From Iphione sp. A-MEVVRFRX5 (lineage: Eukaryota), in NCBI GenBank assembly GCA_976226885.1, contig OZ320313.1, forward strand, positions 52,142,001-52,206,000: a stretch of DNA of 64,000 nt. The letters are read 5' to 3'. Below the pieces are notes generated by a model, which did no database searches, was not told the DNA's origin, and worked only from the letters and a program-made list of their open reading frames with translations. Shown one piece after another: positions 50,270-63,699 of the stretch; position 1 is the first letter of the stretch, and each line of letters begins with the position of its first letter. A program made the position numbers and the translations under genes.

Positions 50270-50470
50270 GAGCCCGTTGCCCTATCGATGGCGGCGCCAT
50301 GTTGGGAATGACGCCGGCTGAAGAATCAACGCGCCGCGCATGCGCTGTCAGTCTTCATTGTCGACCAGTGGTCGATGAATCTTTAATGGTCTGTAATATC
50401 CTGGCGGGACGCATAGGGAGTGTGTAAGGGGGGGGGGGCGGCAAGGGCTAGGCTGTCGTGAAGGGGCCAG
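50270..50470. promoter_or_regulatory. Promoter-like CpG-rich motif cluster (YY1, NRF1, GC box)
   Basis: CGCCATGTT at 50295-50303, perfect GCGCATGCGC at 50336-50345, G-run with GGGGCGG at 50428-50441. Confidence 0.35.
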
Positions 50471-53400
50471 TCTCACAGGTTCTCTAGTACGCATGCACTA
50501 TTCTTCATGGCCCGCTTTCCTTATCACTATTCTTCGCTTCCTCCTTCCCTTCAGACAGTATAAGTGTACACAGAGTGGAAGTGAGGCATGGATTTCTCTG
50601 AGTGAGCGTGCGTCTGTCTGCCTCTCACCTCCGATCCCCTTGCCTCGTCCTCTTGCCTACCTCCCTCTGTCTAGCCCACCCAGCAGGCATTAACCACAGG
50701 CAGCCCGCCTGGCGCCCACTGAATCAGACGATCCGACGCGGGCGGTGACATCATCAGCAGGTGCGGCCTGCAGTGGAGGAGAGGACACTATGGCGTCATC
50801 ATAGAGCCTTATTACCAAAGGCGATAGAGATTCTCCGCAGTATCTAAAGATCAGACGTTGCTGTTAAAGAATCACTTTATAATGCATATACCGAAGAGTC
50901 ATTTCATCGTCTTGCTGGGTAAGGAGGGCAGTTCGCTGGGGGGGGGGTTGTTATCATGCTCGTCACTTCCATTCAGAGGATGGTATTCATTGCCAGACTT
51001 CTGGACATTAACGCGGGTCTTTCACTGGTTTGCGATATTTTATCGGTGGCATTCGCCTGACTGGGATAGCTGAATCTAATCTCAAAGCTCGTACAAGTAT
51101 GGTGCTTAGAGTATTCATTAAATTATAACCTAATGAGACTGTCATCAATGATAAGACCGCAGCGTTTGCATGGAGCAACCACCGTGGTAATTTATGTATT
51201 ATTTTCACTTGCTGCACGCTGGATAAACAAGTAACGGCATGGGCGTACTGTAGCTTTCTATCGGAGGATTATACAGTCACTGCCAGGAGTGGGTAACTCG
51301 GCTACAACTCGAAAAGGAGACTGGCTTAAGAGGGCGGCCAACCACCCGCCCGCCGAGCTCGTCTTCCCTTGCCACTAAGGGGCCTCCATGTCAGCGGCCT
51401 AATGCGGGCAGATTAATAGGAGCCCGCGCGCCGTCTGGTTGCGCACCACCTGAGGCCCCACCCCGACGACCAGCCTCCAGTGTTGACTGCAGGTCCTCCG
51501 TCCGACAGCGTTCAGCCTCCAGACACCCCCCTCCCTCTCCTCCGGGCCGCTGTACCACTTGCACCGCGGGTTCTGAAGGTGCTTGACAGTCATTTGGCAA
51601 CCGATCTGTCCACGTAACCGTCCACCTACACGACCCCCCTAAGAGATCCGCCCGTCCACCAATCGGTCTTACAGCTCGACGTTTTCCTTGAGTGCTACCT
51701 TCAGCGTGTGGCATATTCGCAGCCTTTTTTTCATCCTGGTGAGCAGGGATCAGTGGTAGTTGCATCTAACATAGTTTAAGTTAGGCTCATCTATCAATGT
51801 TGTTGTATGGCATCTTCTCCTTGTTCCTGAAGTTTCCAGCCGCGAACGTCCATCTACGGCTACGGAATGCGGGGGACCTCTATTTTTGTTTGTAGCTGCC
51901 TGCAGTCAGGAGGTTCATGCATTGGTGCTAGTGTATATACAGAGGGAAGCTAGATGTATGACGTTTTCATCTTAGTACCTATGTACCGTTATATCTTAGT
52001 GAATTCATCTTTTCCTCACTTTGCAAATTATCGAAATTCCATTCGTCCCTCTTCTCCTGTGATGATCAGGGCAAGCGTCCCTAACACATGAATATTATAA
52101 TGTTGCCCCACATTGCACTTTTTCAATACAGGTGTAACAGAAATTCTTATTTTCGCTGAATTTCAGCCATACTCACCCGAATTTGGAATCAAGCCCGCTG
52201 TAGGGTTGCCTAAACATGGTTACCCTTTGCCGCCATGGTTGTGATGGATGGGATGAGAATTACACTGATTACATATTTGAAAATTGGCCCCCCCTCCACC
52301 GAAGCTCTATTCTGTACGAAGCATTCATGTCATATTATCATAGGTATGAGGCCGTCCGCTCCACACCTAACCAAGGGCATCGTCTGGCGTTCCATGAAGA
52401 GTTTAATCCATCAGGTAATACAATAGTAAGAGATGAATCATACTTCAAGGCCTATCTATTGCCATATATATTTCTATGGCCTGCTCGGATGATCACTATG
52501 ACCTCGGGCGAGCACAAACACAGACCCTCTCCGTGGCATTGCAAATCGAATCCCAGCGCTATCAATCATTTCGAGGGCAAGTGGCCACGCTTTAGATTTG
52601 CTTTACTTGGAAGGTTGGGACGCGGACGGTGGGCGGCGTCGCTAATAGAAAGCATGCCGAAGGGCGGCGCCGACTACCCAGCACACGTCCGCCCCGCCTG
52701 GCCTTCCCTCCTCCTCTTCCCCACACCCAGCGCACCCTTGCCAACATACACACGCGCAGTCAAACACACACACACACACCGACATATACCCGCCGATCGC
52801 ACTTACCCATCCCATGGGGTGATGTATAGACAGGGAGGTGGAGGCGACGCACGCGGAATCCCCGCCACTCCATCATGGCTACGCGCACTTACGTCGCCGC
52901 CATGGTCTCATCCTCTCCTAGTCGGTCCCCCTTACCTTTCATGCTCTCATAATGCATTGCCCTCACTCTCTTCACCATTGACCGTCAACCTACCACTGCC
53001 CTCCGCCGCCGTCTTCTGCGACGGAAAGAGGAACAAACAGCGAAGTGAGGTGACTGCCATCCAGCAGGAGGCAAATCGTCTCTATGGTAAACCTTATAGA
53101 GGCTCCAGAAAACTATGTAGCTACAATGACGTCAACGATTTATGAGAGGCAGTGCACCAGTTGCAGTCTAATAATTTTATGACGAAATCAACTTCAATAA
53201 CTCGCTGGATCATTCATCTATTTGGCAATCAAGAAGTCAAACAGTCCTAAGAGTTAAGGTCAACTACAGGTACATGTAAACAAATGATTGTTGACCCGTA
53301 TCAGAACATTGTATATCAGTCAGACTTTCACTACAAGATGGTCCTGTATGTATTCCATGCTCAGCAGGAAAAAGACTAATACTCTTCATTCTAAAAACTA

Positions 53401-56400
53401 CTATTATATGGATCATAGTTGAGAACTGATCTCCAATCACTAGTTGGAAAGTCAAAGGGCACTGAAAAAGGCCAGGAAAGGGGAAAAAGAAAAAGGGCTG
53501 TGTGTACTGTATGAGTATGAGTACATGTACATCTACACTAAACAACCTTGTATTCATGGATACACGTATGTCGTTCTATTAGACTATCGGACATGTAATA
53601 TTAGAGAACACTTCTTGCTATGTCTGAATAGGGCAATGTATTTCCTCCTCTTATGAAAGAACCATGACTTGTAATGAGCCAGAGTTCTCTGCCATGTCCT
53701 GCACATCATAGACCCCCAAAGGCCCTTTCTTAGCTGTACACGTATGTATATGAGATAGAAAAAGTGTCCTAATGTTCTGTTCTGTCTTGCTGTTTCCCTT
53801 CTTCCCCCGACCAGCAATACCATTTGGTTCACTGGTCTCATTTAGTAACGGTCTCTTACGCGGTGTCCTAGTAATGTCCATCGCTCGCCTTTCATCTTGA
53901 AGTAGTCTGTCGACCTTTTTGCATGATTCTCTTGCATCTTCCTGCAGCGCGCACGGGACCAATATCACAGGCCACATCCTGCCCACCGGCACTCCGACTT
54001 GTCCCGCGGGACAGGGAGCACCGGCGGCGGGGAACGGGACATGGGCCGTGACAGCCAGGCCTCCGGCTGGTGAGAGGTGGTCTGGGCAGATGGGGCTAAG
54101 GTCCTGGAGGACATCAAGTTAATGGAATCTGGACGAAACTCCTTGCGCTTCTCCGACGCGGACAGTGCGACCACACCGGCTCGCACAGCGTCGACTTTTT
54201 GTCTGACGAACTAAATACAGGTCATTTGCACACTTCCCGAATTGCAGTGATATACAGGAGAAACTCGGTTTTGAGCCATCTCAGACCAAAGGCCGCGTCT
54301 TTAATGCGGCAGATTTTACTGGAACCAAATCTCTTATCTGTAGTTTATTCATCTCTCAGAACTGAGGACACCTTCTAAATGGGGACACTTCAACTGGGAA
54401 CCAAGGATGTCCCCCTAAGTGAGGCTTTAATATATATGTACATGTATATATATACATGGATATATACAGACCCTGGTTGCACTTCAGAAGGGAAATAATT
54501 AGGCACATCTCTCCATCTGACATAAATAAGTTTATATATTTATATATACATGTTTACATCAATACCTCACGTGATATCTGCAGATTGATTTGGTAAGATA
54601 AAAACTAACTTCCCCAAAGATAGTATATGTTTTCACAAAATACACTTGAGGTCCTATGATATGAAATTTCAGATTGGCGTTTACCAATTCTATAGACAAA
54701 TTCCACAGCAAATGCTGGGACGTGCCCCAAACCGGCATATCCGGATCGTAATTTGTTACGGGCCATTACAACGGAGGCAACAGGCCCTCAGGAAGTACTC
54801 ATCAAGCAAATACTGCCCGTATCTCTGCAATGCAATTGTCTTAATAGCTCTTTCGTTTTATCTTTCATATTTCAACGGCCAGAAGCTACGAAAGCAACTG
54901 TCTTAAGTCACACTAGAACAATCGTCTCCTATGATCCTCCTCTGCTGGTGCATGTACCACTAACTTATGCAAATGGGTCCAATAGCAACAGTTAAGATGT
55001 CTTGAGCTATACCCACGTACTGTCTACTACAGGGCGGCTCTAAGGTATATTTACTTGATGAGTACGGAAATGTATCAGAGCCAGCATATGTATGAAACTA
55101 GCGAAAACCTCAGAGCTCCCTTAAATACCATAGAAATATCCGCACGTGTAGTACAGACGACAACTGGTCGTACGCTGCGAATGATTTATAGTACATTGTA
55201 TATGCCAAGGTATATGATGTATGGAGGATGCGAATTACTCGCATAGATTAGGAGCATCATGGGGTGTTATTCACTTTACATACACAGGTACATTTAATAA
55301 TGTATGCCCTATGTGGGCGATACTGCATTAGTCGGGCACTCCATCACGCCAGTTCCTCATTGTGGAGCTGTGAAGGTGAGCACCTTCCACAGGTTCAGTA
55401 ACACGACATTACTCGCTTATCACTGTAGGCGGCATTCCGCTGGGCATCTGGTTTCTCAACCAACCCAGTGACTAAAATACAATGTAGGTGTCCATGTGAT
55501 TCTACAGTACATAAACAACTACGCGTGGTAGTTTCTCTAAAAAAATCTTATGCAGATCTACATGTATTCAAGTGCCAGTTCTGAACATCTTCGTCGAGTT
55601 GCTGTTTCCCAGGCGTGGAACAGATTCTAAAGGTAGTTACATAAGTGTTTCAGTCTAGAGACAAAATATATGTTTCTCCCAGATTACAGAAATATTCATT
55701 GATCCCTCACACCCATTTATGCCATGTGTACTTAAGCTAAATGTCACCGACTGTCCCTAACTTTGATGGAGTTATTTTTTCTCCGGTTACCTTTGGATAG
55801 AATGAACTGAAAGCAGGTGCAAATTAACTTTTTTCAGTAATAAGCAAATGACGTCACTGGTCCTATGTTGTTACAACGTTTTTCTCAGGGCTAAAAGCTC
55901 ACTTCTGTGTTTTACGTAAAATGTATATATGCTCAGTAAAATAAAATGCTCGGTACATCAGGCGTCTACCTATACTCTTGTATATTCTTTGCGACCTGTG
56001 CCTACATCCTCGATCCTGGCCCACCCTGGCAGTCCAGGACGATACCTTCCTGCATCTTTTATTTGCCTCTTTCGGCGCCCACTCTGCCTGGCCGGCCACT
56101 CAGCTCGCCGGGTGTAACTGGCCAATCTTGGTCTTTAGGCCTTGGTCTACAGGTCGCCACTCCTTATTGCTGCGGCACCCATCCATTCTAATTACCGTCG
56201 GCCATTAGGAAGGTTCTTAATTGATGACTAACGGGCTGGATAAGCTTAGGAGCATGCATGCCGGATGCATCACACACGCAGGTTTTAAGTTCTTCGGATC
56301 CACAGAGAGCGTACCTTCCATACTATGCAGGGGTACGGTGTGTTTCTCTCTACCGGCAAGGAAGCATCCACTAAGATATGTCAGTTAACATTTTCCGTGC

Positions 56401-59400
56401 TCCAATACTGTCTTTTAAATTTTACCCATATTTTGGCTGTGAGCTTCCCTCCTAAAATATCTCTTGGCCTGGTTAAATGTGACACATGAAAAATATATTA
56501 TACTACATGTATATTGTAACTGTCTTTCTTTAGCCTTCCGCCTGTTTCTCTTTCGCTGTCTACTCTTCCTCTCTAAAGCTCTAGCGGTCTTTCGCTATTC
56601 TTTTTCAGTCCCTTCGCTCTACTATGAAAACCTCTCGTCCTCTCTGGCAGTCTCTCTTTTTCACAGGTAGAGAGGCTTTACATATACATGTACCAGTGCT
56701 CCCCATACATTTCCTGTCTACAAGTGCGAACGAAGAACCTGGAGAATGGGAAAAAACAAAGTTACAAGAAATTAGATTTGTGTAGTAGGAGGAGGATACT
56801 ATTCAGCGCATGTCAGCTCTAAGTTTTGGTGTAGTCTTCTTCCTTTCAAAGGCGTCAGAAGGCATTACATCCACCAACTACAACCGATCGACCCTCCCCT
56901 CCTGGGCGCTTGTTAGAAAGGTATACTAACATTTCGTGGCATCCATCTGAAGTGGCGTTCGAAGAGTTAAAGTGAACGATCAATCAATTTTTAGTGACTT
57001 TCAATTCACGTGCGGTGTGAAGTATGCCAGAAATAGCCAGCGTCAATAAAAATCAACGAACTGGAGACTTCCTTACCAACGGCTTGCCGCCTGTCAATGG
57101 GAGAATACGCTAACAGTGAGCAATGGATATCCCTCAGTGAAAATATCCTCTGGAGGTTAGAGGCTATCTATTTTTTTAAATGCTGAAGCACTAGATGGAA
57201 AGCCAATGGGCGCTGACAACGGCCAGGGAACAGGACGAAGAAACAGGACTCAGTGGGCAAACATGGCGCTGTTCTGCGGCGCCAAGGGCGACCCTGGGCG
57301 CGACAGGTCACCATTTGACGCGTAGCGACATGGCCAGGGTCGTGAACGAGGTGCACCAGAGGTGGGCACAGCTCGCCAGAAACTCCAACCTGTAGCTCCG
57401 CCACTGCCGCCTTCGTCATCGCCATCACGCCTCCTGAACCGCCACCAGGCAAGATGATGTCGTAATGACTAAGGCCAGGTCATCAGTCATTCGTTTTCAT
57501 TAGCCGGGCACCGGCGCCTTCAGAAGCTCCACCCAAGGCGAGCGCCGCCAGCCCAAGGAGGAGGGGGTAGGGGGAGGCGATGGGAAGGAGGAGGTAGTGG
57601 TGGTGGCTGGTCGAAGGAGAATAAAACTGCCTGGGGGTGAGGCGCACGGCGTCAAGCCTAAAACAAGCCGCTAACGAGAACGAATCGCAAGGCGAGCTCA
57701 GCCAAGATTTACGAAGTGCTAGTTGTCAATTAACAGCTTTATTGCCGTAATACGAGGCGGCGGTGGAGGCGAAGGCTGCCCGACCGCGGCTGCCGGGGCT
57801 CGTCGACGGTCCCGCCGGGACAGGCCCCTTAATGGTGGCGGTATAACGACGGCTGCAACCCCTGCATCCGCCCGTTCCCATGGCTGCGCTTTACCATCAA
57901 CCAGCCCAGACTCGCAGCTACCGCTCAAAGAACACAGGTTTTCAAAGCTCACGCTTAGCGCTTCCGCGATCAAGGACATGAAAAGTTTTGTGTGTACGTT
58001 TGTGGCAAGTCGGCGTTGGGCGTAGCAGAAAGAGGGGCGGGGGAGGAGGAGGGCAGATGCCAAACGGGGTTTTGGGAGATGACAGGGCGACCAGGCATGA
58101 CACACAGATGACAGGGCTAGAGCCCTGGGCCCTGGTGGCAAGTGACCCCGGAATAGGCTAGACTGGGGGAGATCAAGAACGTGGGCTGAGTCTGGAAATA
58201 GGTGGATTGAGTTCTGGAGGTCGGACCTCATCGACTATGATGTAAGTGAACTGAAGATAACCAGATTGTGTGCTGCGGAGAGTAACCAAAACCGATGTAG
58301 GCGACGTACACATTTCCTTTTTTGCTGTCGTATACGAACTTATTATCATGCGTCGAGAGGTTTAGATATAAGTACGAAGCGCATAGAGCTGCTAGAAGTA
58401 GAGATAGTCTCTGGGGGCGTTTGAGAAGCCGCAACCTAGAAGATCACCAGTCATAAAGCGAAGGCTAGGACATTTTTGAAAGAGCACTCTTTCCCTTGCG
58501 GTGCCGACATAGTAAATGCTAGGAAACGTTCAATTGTGTCGACGGACAATTTCTTTCGCACATATCATTCCTTTTTCAAACATACCTGGATCATTTCTCT
58601 TTTCAGGTGAAATGTGCAGTCGATTTCTCACTACCATTGAAATGAACTTAACACGGCGAAGTTTTACAGGAAGGCTGCTGAACCTTGACATTGCATCGGC
58701 AGCTTGTCGGCTACAATTCAAAGAACATATGAACTTCACCTGGCCCCCTGCCCACGGTCCTTATGAAAACTGATCCTTTTCCACATAACAAGAACGAACT
58801 AATATATGTATCACACCGGAATGTAAGCTTCCTTTTGATAATTTTTCAAATAGCATAGGGCAAATGCACTGCTTCGAAATCTGGGATTACTAAAACAAAT
58901 TGCCGAAGTGTACTTAGCCTCGTCAAACGGTCCCAGAATAAGGCGCCCAAATTTAAGGATGACGCGAAAAAAAAGGTGAACACAAATTATTTTTCCTTTC
59001 ACATACATCTTGTGAATGAACATGAATGAAACTTATAACTAGAAGATGCATGAATATTTGAGTCGTGCCATCATCGGTAAAGAATGCTCTAGCTTGTTTA
59101 CTTCGGGTGGACATGAAAAATACATGGTGTAATGAGTAACGTGCGGAGGCAATGGTCTTGGCATAGTGCTGTTCACATTTGCAAGGAAGATGACAGTTTA
59201 CGGACCATTTTTCCTAAAACAAAAGAAGACAAGGTAGGAGTACCTCTAAAATAGTGTCTATAGACCAACTTCTTTCTCGGTAATCATCAACAACTTAATC
59301 GATTATGTATTAGTGTCAAAGATCTTTGTAGATGCCCTGATCGTTCCCTATATTACAAGAAGCATCACGACGTCAGGATTTTATGAAATAGTCACACACT

Positions 59401-62400
59401 TTTGAACGCTCTTCGCAAAATTAGCTGATTAAGAAAACGTTTAAATTTTAGTTTATTAATGTTCATCACCATTCCCAGCTGAAGCAAGGGTCTCTCTAAG
59501 ATTGGGACTGATTGTGAGAGGGAGACCATAGTTACGGTTACGAGGAAAGGACCATCAGGTGCATCCGGTTGAAGTTCAATTTAATGTACTTCTAGAACTA
59601 GGCAATGAAAACTAAGGCACTGCATCCTTGTCTTTCTGAAGGATAACCAATACAAAAAAACAATATTTTTTCTGTTGTACAAAAGTACTATTAACTGAAT
59701 ATACAAATATTATCATATGCACATTGGTAAAAAAAACTAATTTATCGATAATTTCCTGTCCGATGGTCCAGACGTTGGTAGCATTGCTAGGTTACCCAAA
59801 AGGGTAACAAAGGAATACAGTTCATACTCGCATTGATGGCGACGTAGTAAATTCAAAATACATGTATGTGATTGTGACAGCTACACAAATATTATCATAT
59901 ACAAGTATATGACCATATAACTAAGTAAGTTCCAGGAATACAGCAACAACGACAACACCTGTTTACCGGATATTCAAAAAAGCCTTTACCATGCTGTGTT
60001 CAATCTCCTACCTGAATAAGACCTTATGAAGTGAGAAAGTGTTCAAAATTGTAATGTGGTGTATCTAAGAAGAGTGACAAATACATCCAACTAGAGAAGG
60101 ACGGCCCCTGATCAATTAAAATGCGCAGGGAAAAGAGCATTAACAAAAGAGCAGACAAAGAAAACCAGTGTTGCAGTGAACCCCGAACCTTAAACATTTA
60201 CACTGCGAAAGGCAATGATGTGTGGCACGCGGGCACACCCCTCCGCACCTGCAGACACACAAACTGACAACAGGCTCGGCATTGGCATGATGCCGCACTA
60301 TCGTTGCGAGCAAATAACGGCCAGTCACTGACATCAAAGTCGGCATTTTAACCAAATTCATTATGGCGACGCCATGCACAAGCAAACTCTCCGTCGAGCA
60401 GCACTGCAAATTCTCCCCCATTCCCGCAACAAAAACAAATTAAAAGAAACTAAAGATGACGCAATTATTTCCTTATCCAGAACACCCCTCAAGCTTTTAA
60501 ATTATTTCTTAGGTTTTCTTCAGGGTCCTTTTTGTAGCTTTTCTCGAATGTAAGTGTGCTGCTGCGTTTCTACTTTTATACGTGCATGCATGCGCCAGGG
60601 TGTGTGTGTTTCCTCCATGCAACTGAGTGAAACTGATTGCCAGGCTGCTGAGAAACCAGTTGGCCGTGTTGCCTTTTTGCCGCCGGCCAATGTGCCCCAT
60701 CAGCATCCCACCCCCTCTCCGGGGTAGCATTTACTTCACATTTTCTTTTTGAAAATACAGTCAGGCAATCAATGCGTCTGCTGTCGATCAAAGATCACAC
60801 GAGCACTTCAGTATCAACGCACAGGCAGCCGCCCCACTGCCGACTCACCAGTCTTCCCCAGGAGCCCCTGCCTCGGGTCCCTGCCGTGAGCAGATGAGAA
60901 GCTCACTGCCTCGAGCAGCTCGACACTGTTGCCTCCACAGACAATCTCTGGGTCACACGGACAATGCCTTCCCCCCAAAATGAAGGAACTCTCCTGTAAA
61001 CATTCAGGCAACTCGTGGGAAAAATTGAGTCTTATTATAAATTCTTTGAGTGCCAGAACAAATAAACGAAAAGCAATCGTTCAAAAACTTTTAGGTTCTT
61101 TTAAAATAATGCAATTTCATACACGGAACAAAAACACGTTGTTTCCATAACGGTTGATGGTATTACTTGATAATGCACAGACATCATCTCCTTAATGTTG
61201 GAGAGATATTTACAAGAATCTATTTGGTGTAGACTCCCATTACATCTCTGCTCGTGGCTTCGGTTAGGCAAAGATGCCAGCTAGGTATCGCGTTTTCAAA
61301 AAAAAGATACCGTTTAATTTTGAGGTAATATTTGGAAGGGGTGCATTCCACATTCCGATATTCTCAATGAAAAATCTTCAATTAGAATAATCAAAATAGG
61401 GATGGTTTTCATCAATTATTCATACAGTATTGAATGATGAACAGCATGGAAATCTTTCTTGAACGATACGCAATATCAACTCTGGCGACTGAAGACCCAA
61501 TCTGTGCACAGTAATCTAGAGAACAGATCTTCGGGAGTCAAGATAGCTGAGTGAGAGAGCCATCCCTGTACAGAGTAAAGACTTAAGGGATTCGTGTTTG
61601 GAGAGACAATACACATATAATTAGAAATCTAGGATGCAAATGAGTATACATACAAATTATTTAGCTTCCAGCTCAAGTTAGTAATTCCAAATATCAGAAG
61701 GCTATTATGTAGAGAAAACGGATCGATATTTCCAGTGAGGGCATGCGTCCATCTCAGGCGTACTGTAAAAACAGTAATATTTAATAATCATTTAAACTTA
61801 TTTCTTCAAGAAATTTGAACAGATGAACTTTGTCATTCTGCCGAGGCAAATGACGTGCCCCACCTGCAGAGATGTCAGAAAGCCCCACTAAGGATGGATG
61901 AGGCAGGCAATAGCTGGCGGGTGGCAGGCAACGAGAGGCTGACGGTTGTAAAGGAAGGGTGATCGGGAGTAAGACACATGGCTGAAAGGCGCCAGACAGT
62001 GACAAAGATCCCCCCTATCTGGGCACGGGAGCTAGTCACCACTCACCGCCTCAACCCCAGTCTTTCCTTCAGAGTCGCTCCCTGCCAGCTAATGCTAAAA
62101 GACGCTAATCGCCCATGGCTAGATCTAAGGTCGCCTGATGGGTGATCAACGAGTATAAGAGTTCTCGGTGTCTCTTGTTCATAGGGTTATAACTAGTGAT
62201 TTATCTGTGTCTCGAGTGACGTTAAAAAGTTTGGTGAACTCCCTACAACAGCTCTTAATACATCAAGGTGTTTGACCTGTCACTCAAACCTTTGTAAATA
62301 TTGGCATCGCTCTTTTGCGAAGAATGCCTTACTTTCAGCATACTGCATGCTTGATCTGCAGACGTGTTCCCATGACCATCACTTCCACATTGCAAGGTTT

Positions 62401-63699
62401 AAACTAGACCCAGATGGTGGGTCAACAGCGAGCAACATTAAGCTGTGCCAAGAAAGAGCCTCATAGTTAATAATGTAAGCTTACGAGAATCGGGGGAAAA
62501 TGGGAAGCAATTGGCAAGCAACACGCAATTCAATACAACTTATCGTTAGATACTAACAGAGGGAAAAACTGGAACGAATTAAGAAAGTCATTTAAAGAAC
62601 GAACTATCGTAGACTGCTTGTGAGTATAACTTTTCTTTGGTTGGTTATTTTGAGTGCGGCGTAATGGAATCGCTGAGTCAGCGTCTCGGTATCCCGTATC
62701 TGACTAAGCGCCGCTTTGGTGTGTGGATCAAAGTTCTGGCATTAGAAGGAAGACTCGTGCTGCCCCCGCGTGAGCGCTCGCCTGACCAGCGCGGTGCCCG
62801 TGTGAGACCACTGAAAGGCATTGCCCGTTAAGCTTGCCCTGTCCACCGTCAATACATATCTGTCACCTGTTGAGGACAGGGCAAACAGTGAACGACAGGG
62901 AGCAAGACGGGGCGTGCTGTACGCTGCGTGAGGGACTCATAAGTTGCTCGGAACACTCCAGGGCCCCATAAGGGCTTATTGGTAGAGCGCTGTTCCCGCG
63001 GCAATGCCAGAGGGCACAGTACCAAGGCCGCAGCACAGCAAACATCGGCCCCTCAATCCTCCTAATGCTGCCGTAAAGTGCTGCACTGATCCCAATTCTC
63101 ATCTACAAAGCTCCTTGTATTTTGAAGCCTCCACTTTACCTGAAAACCACGTGTGCCTCAGAGATTTGCCAGCACTATAGGTAGATATGAACGGGTTAGA
63201 TCGCCAAGAGGAGGTCTGGCCAGAGGTACTTTTAACGTGTTATCTTTGGGGTTTTCAGTCGCGTGAAACGTAGGCGGGTGGTGCTATCAGCCACGAGTTG
63301 CTCATGCAGTATATATGTATATATGTACCTTGATTTGCTGGTCGATGCAACTGTAACATGTATGTAAGGAGGAAGTTGCCGGCGTTGAATGGAAAAGCAT
63401 GGAAACTTATTGACAGACTGCTAGTAAATCTTGGGTTTAGCCTCCATCTGATAATGGTCGGGGCGGTTCGCCGTAGAAAGGTCCGGGTAGGGGGGGGGAG
63501 GAGCATGTGACCGTCGCCTGGCTGACTGCCCCTCCTCCTCCTACTGTAGCAGCCACCAGTTCCTCCTTGTGGCCTGACTTGATCCCTGGCTGGTCGGTAC
63601 CAGAAACCTTAGCCTCTCCCCCAAGAGGCAGCAGCGCGCTAGCCCGTTGCGAATCAATCACGGGTGATTTCATGGGCTTTAACGGGCTTGATATCAGAC

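Noticed and set aside
54240-54432. Possible second Tc1/mariner MITE related to 41671-41847
   Set aside because: Only the right end resembles the family, and the termini are not convincingly inverted.
58228-58434. Minus-strand ORF resembling a type II membrane protein N-terminus (candidate HS6ST-like neighbour, given vertebrate MBNL synteny)
   Set aside because: It starts at TTG rather than ATG, the hydrophobicity comes from pyrimidine-rich DNA, there is no catalytic motif and no downstream exons.
60849-60993. Minus-strand exon-like cassette (tttacag ... ctg|gtgagt) with one open frame; a similar one near 62046-62135
   Set aside because: Weak pyrimidine tract, no recognisable peptide and no partner exons; such pairs occur by chance in 64 kb.
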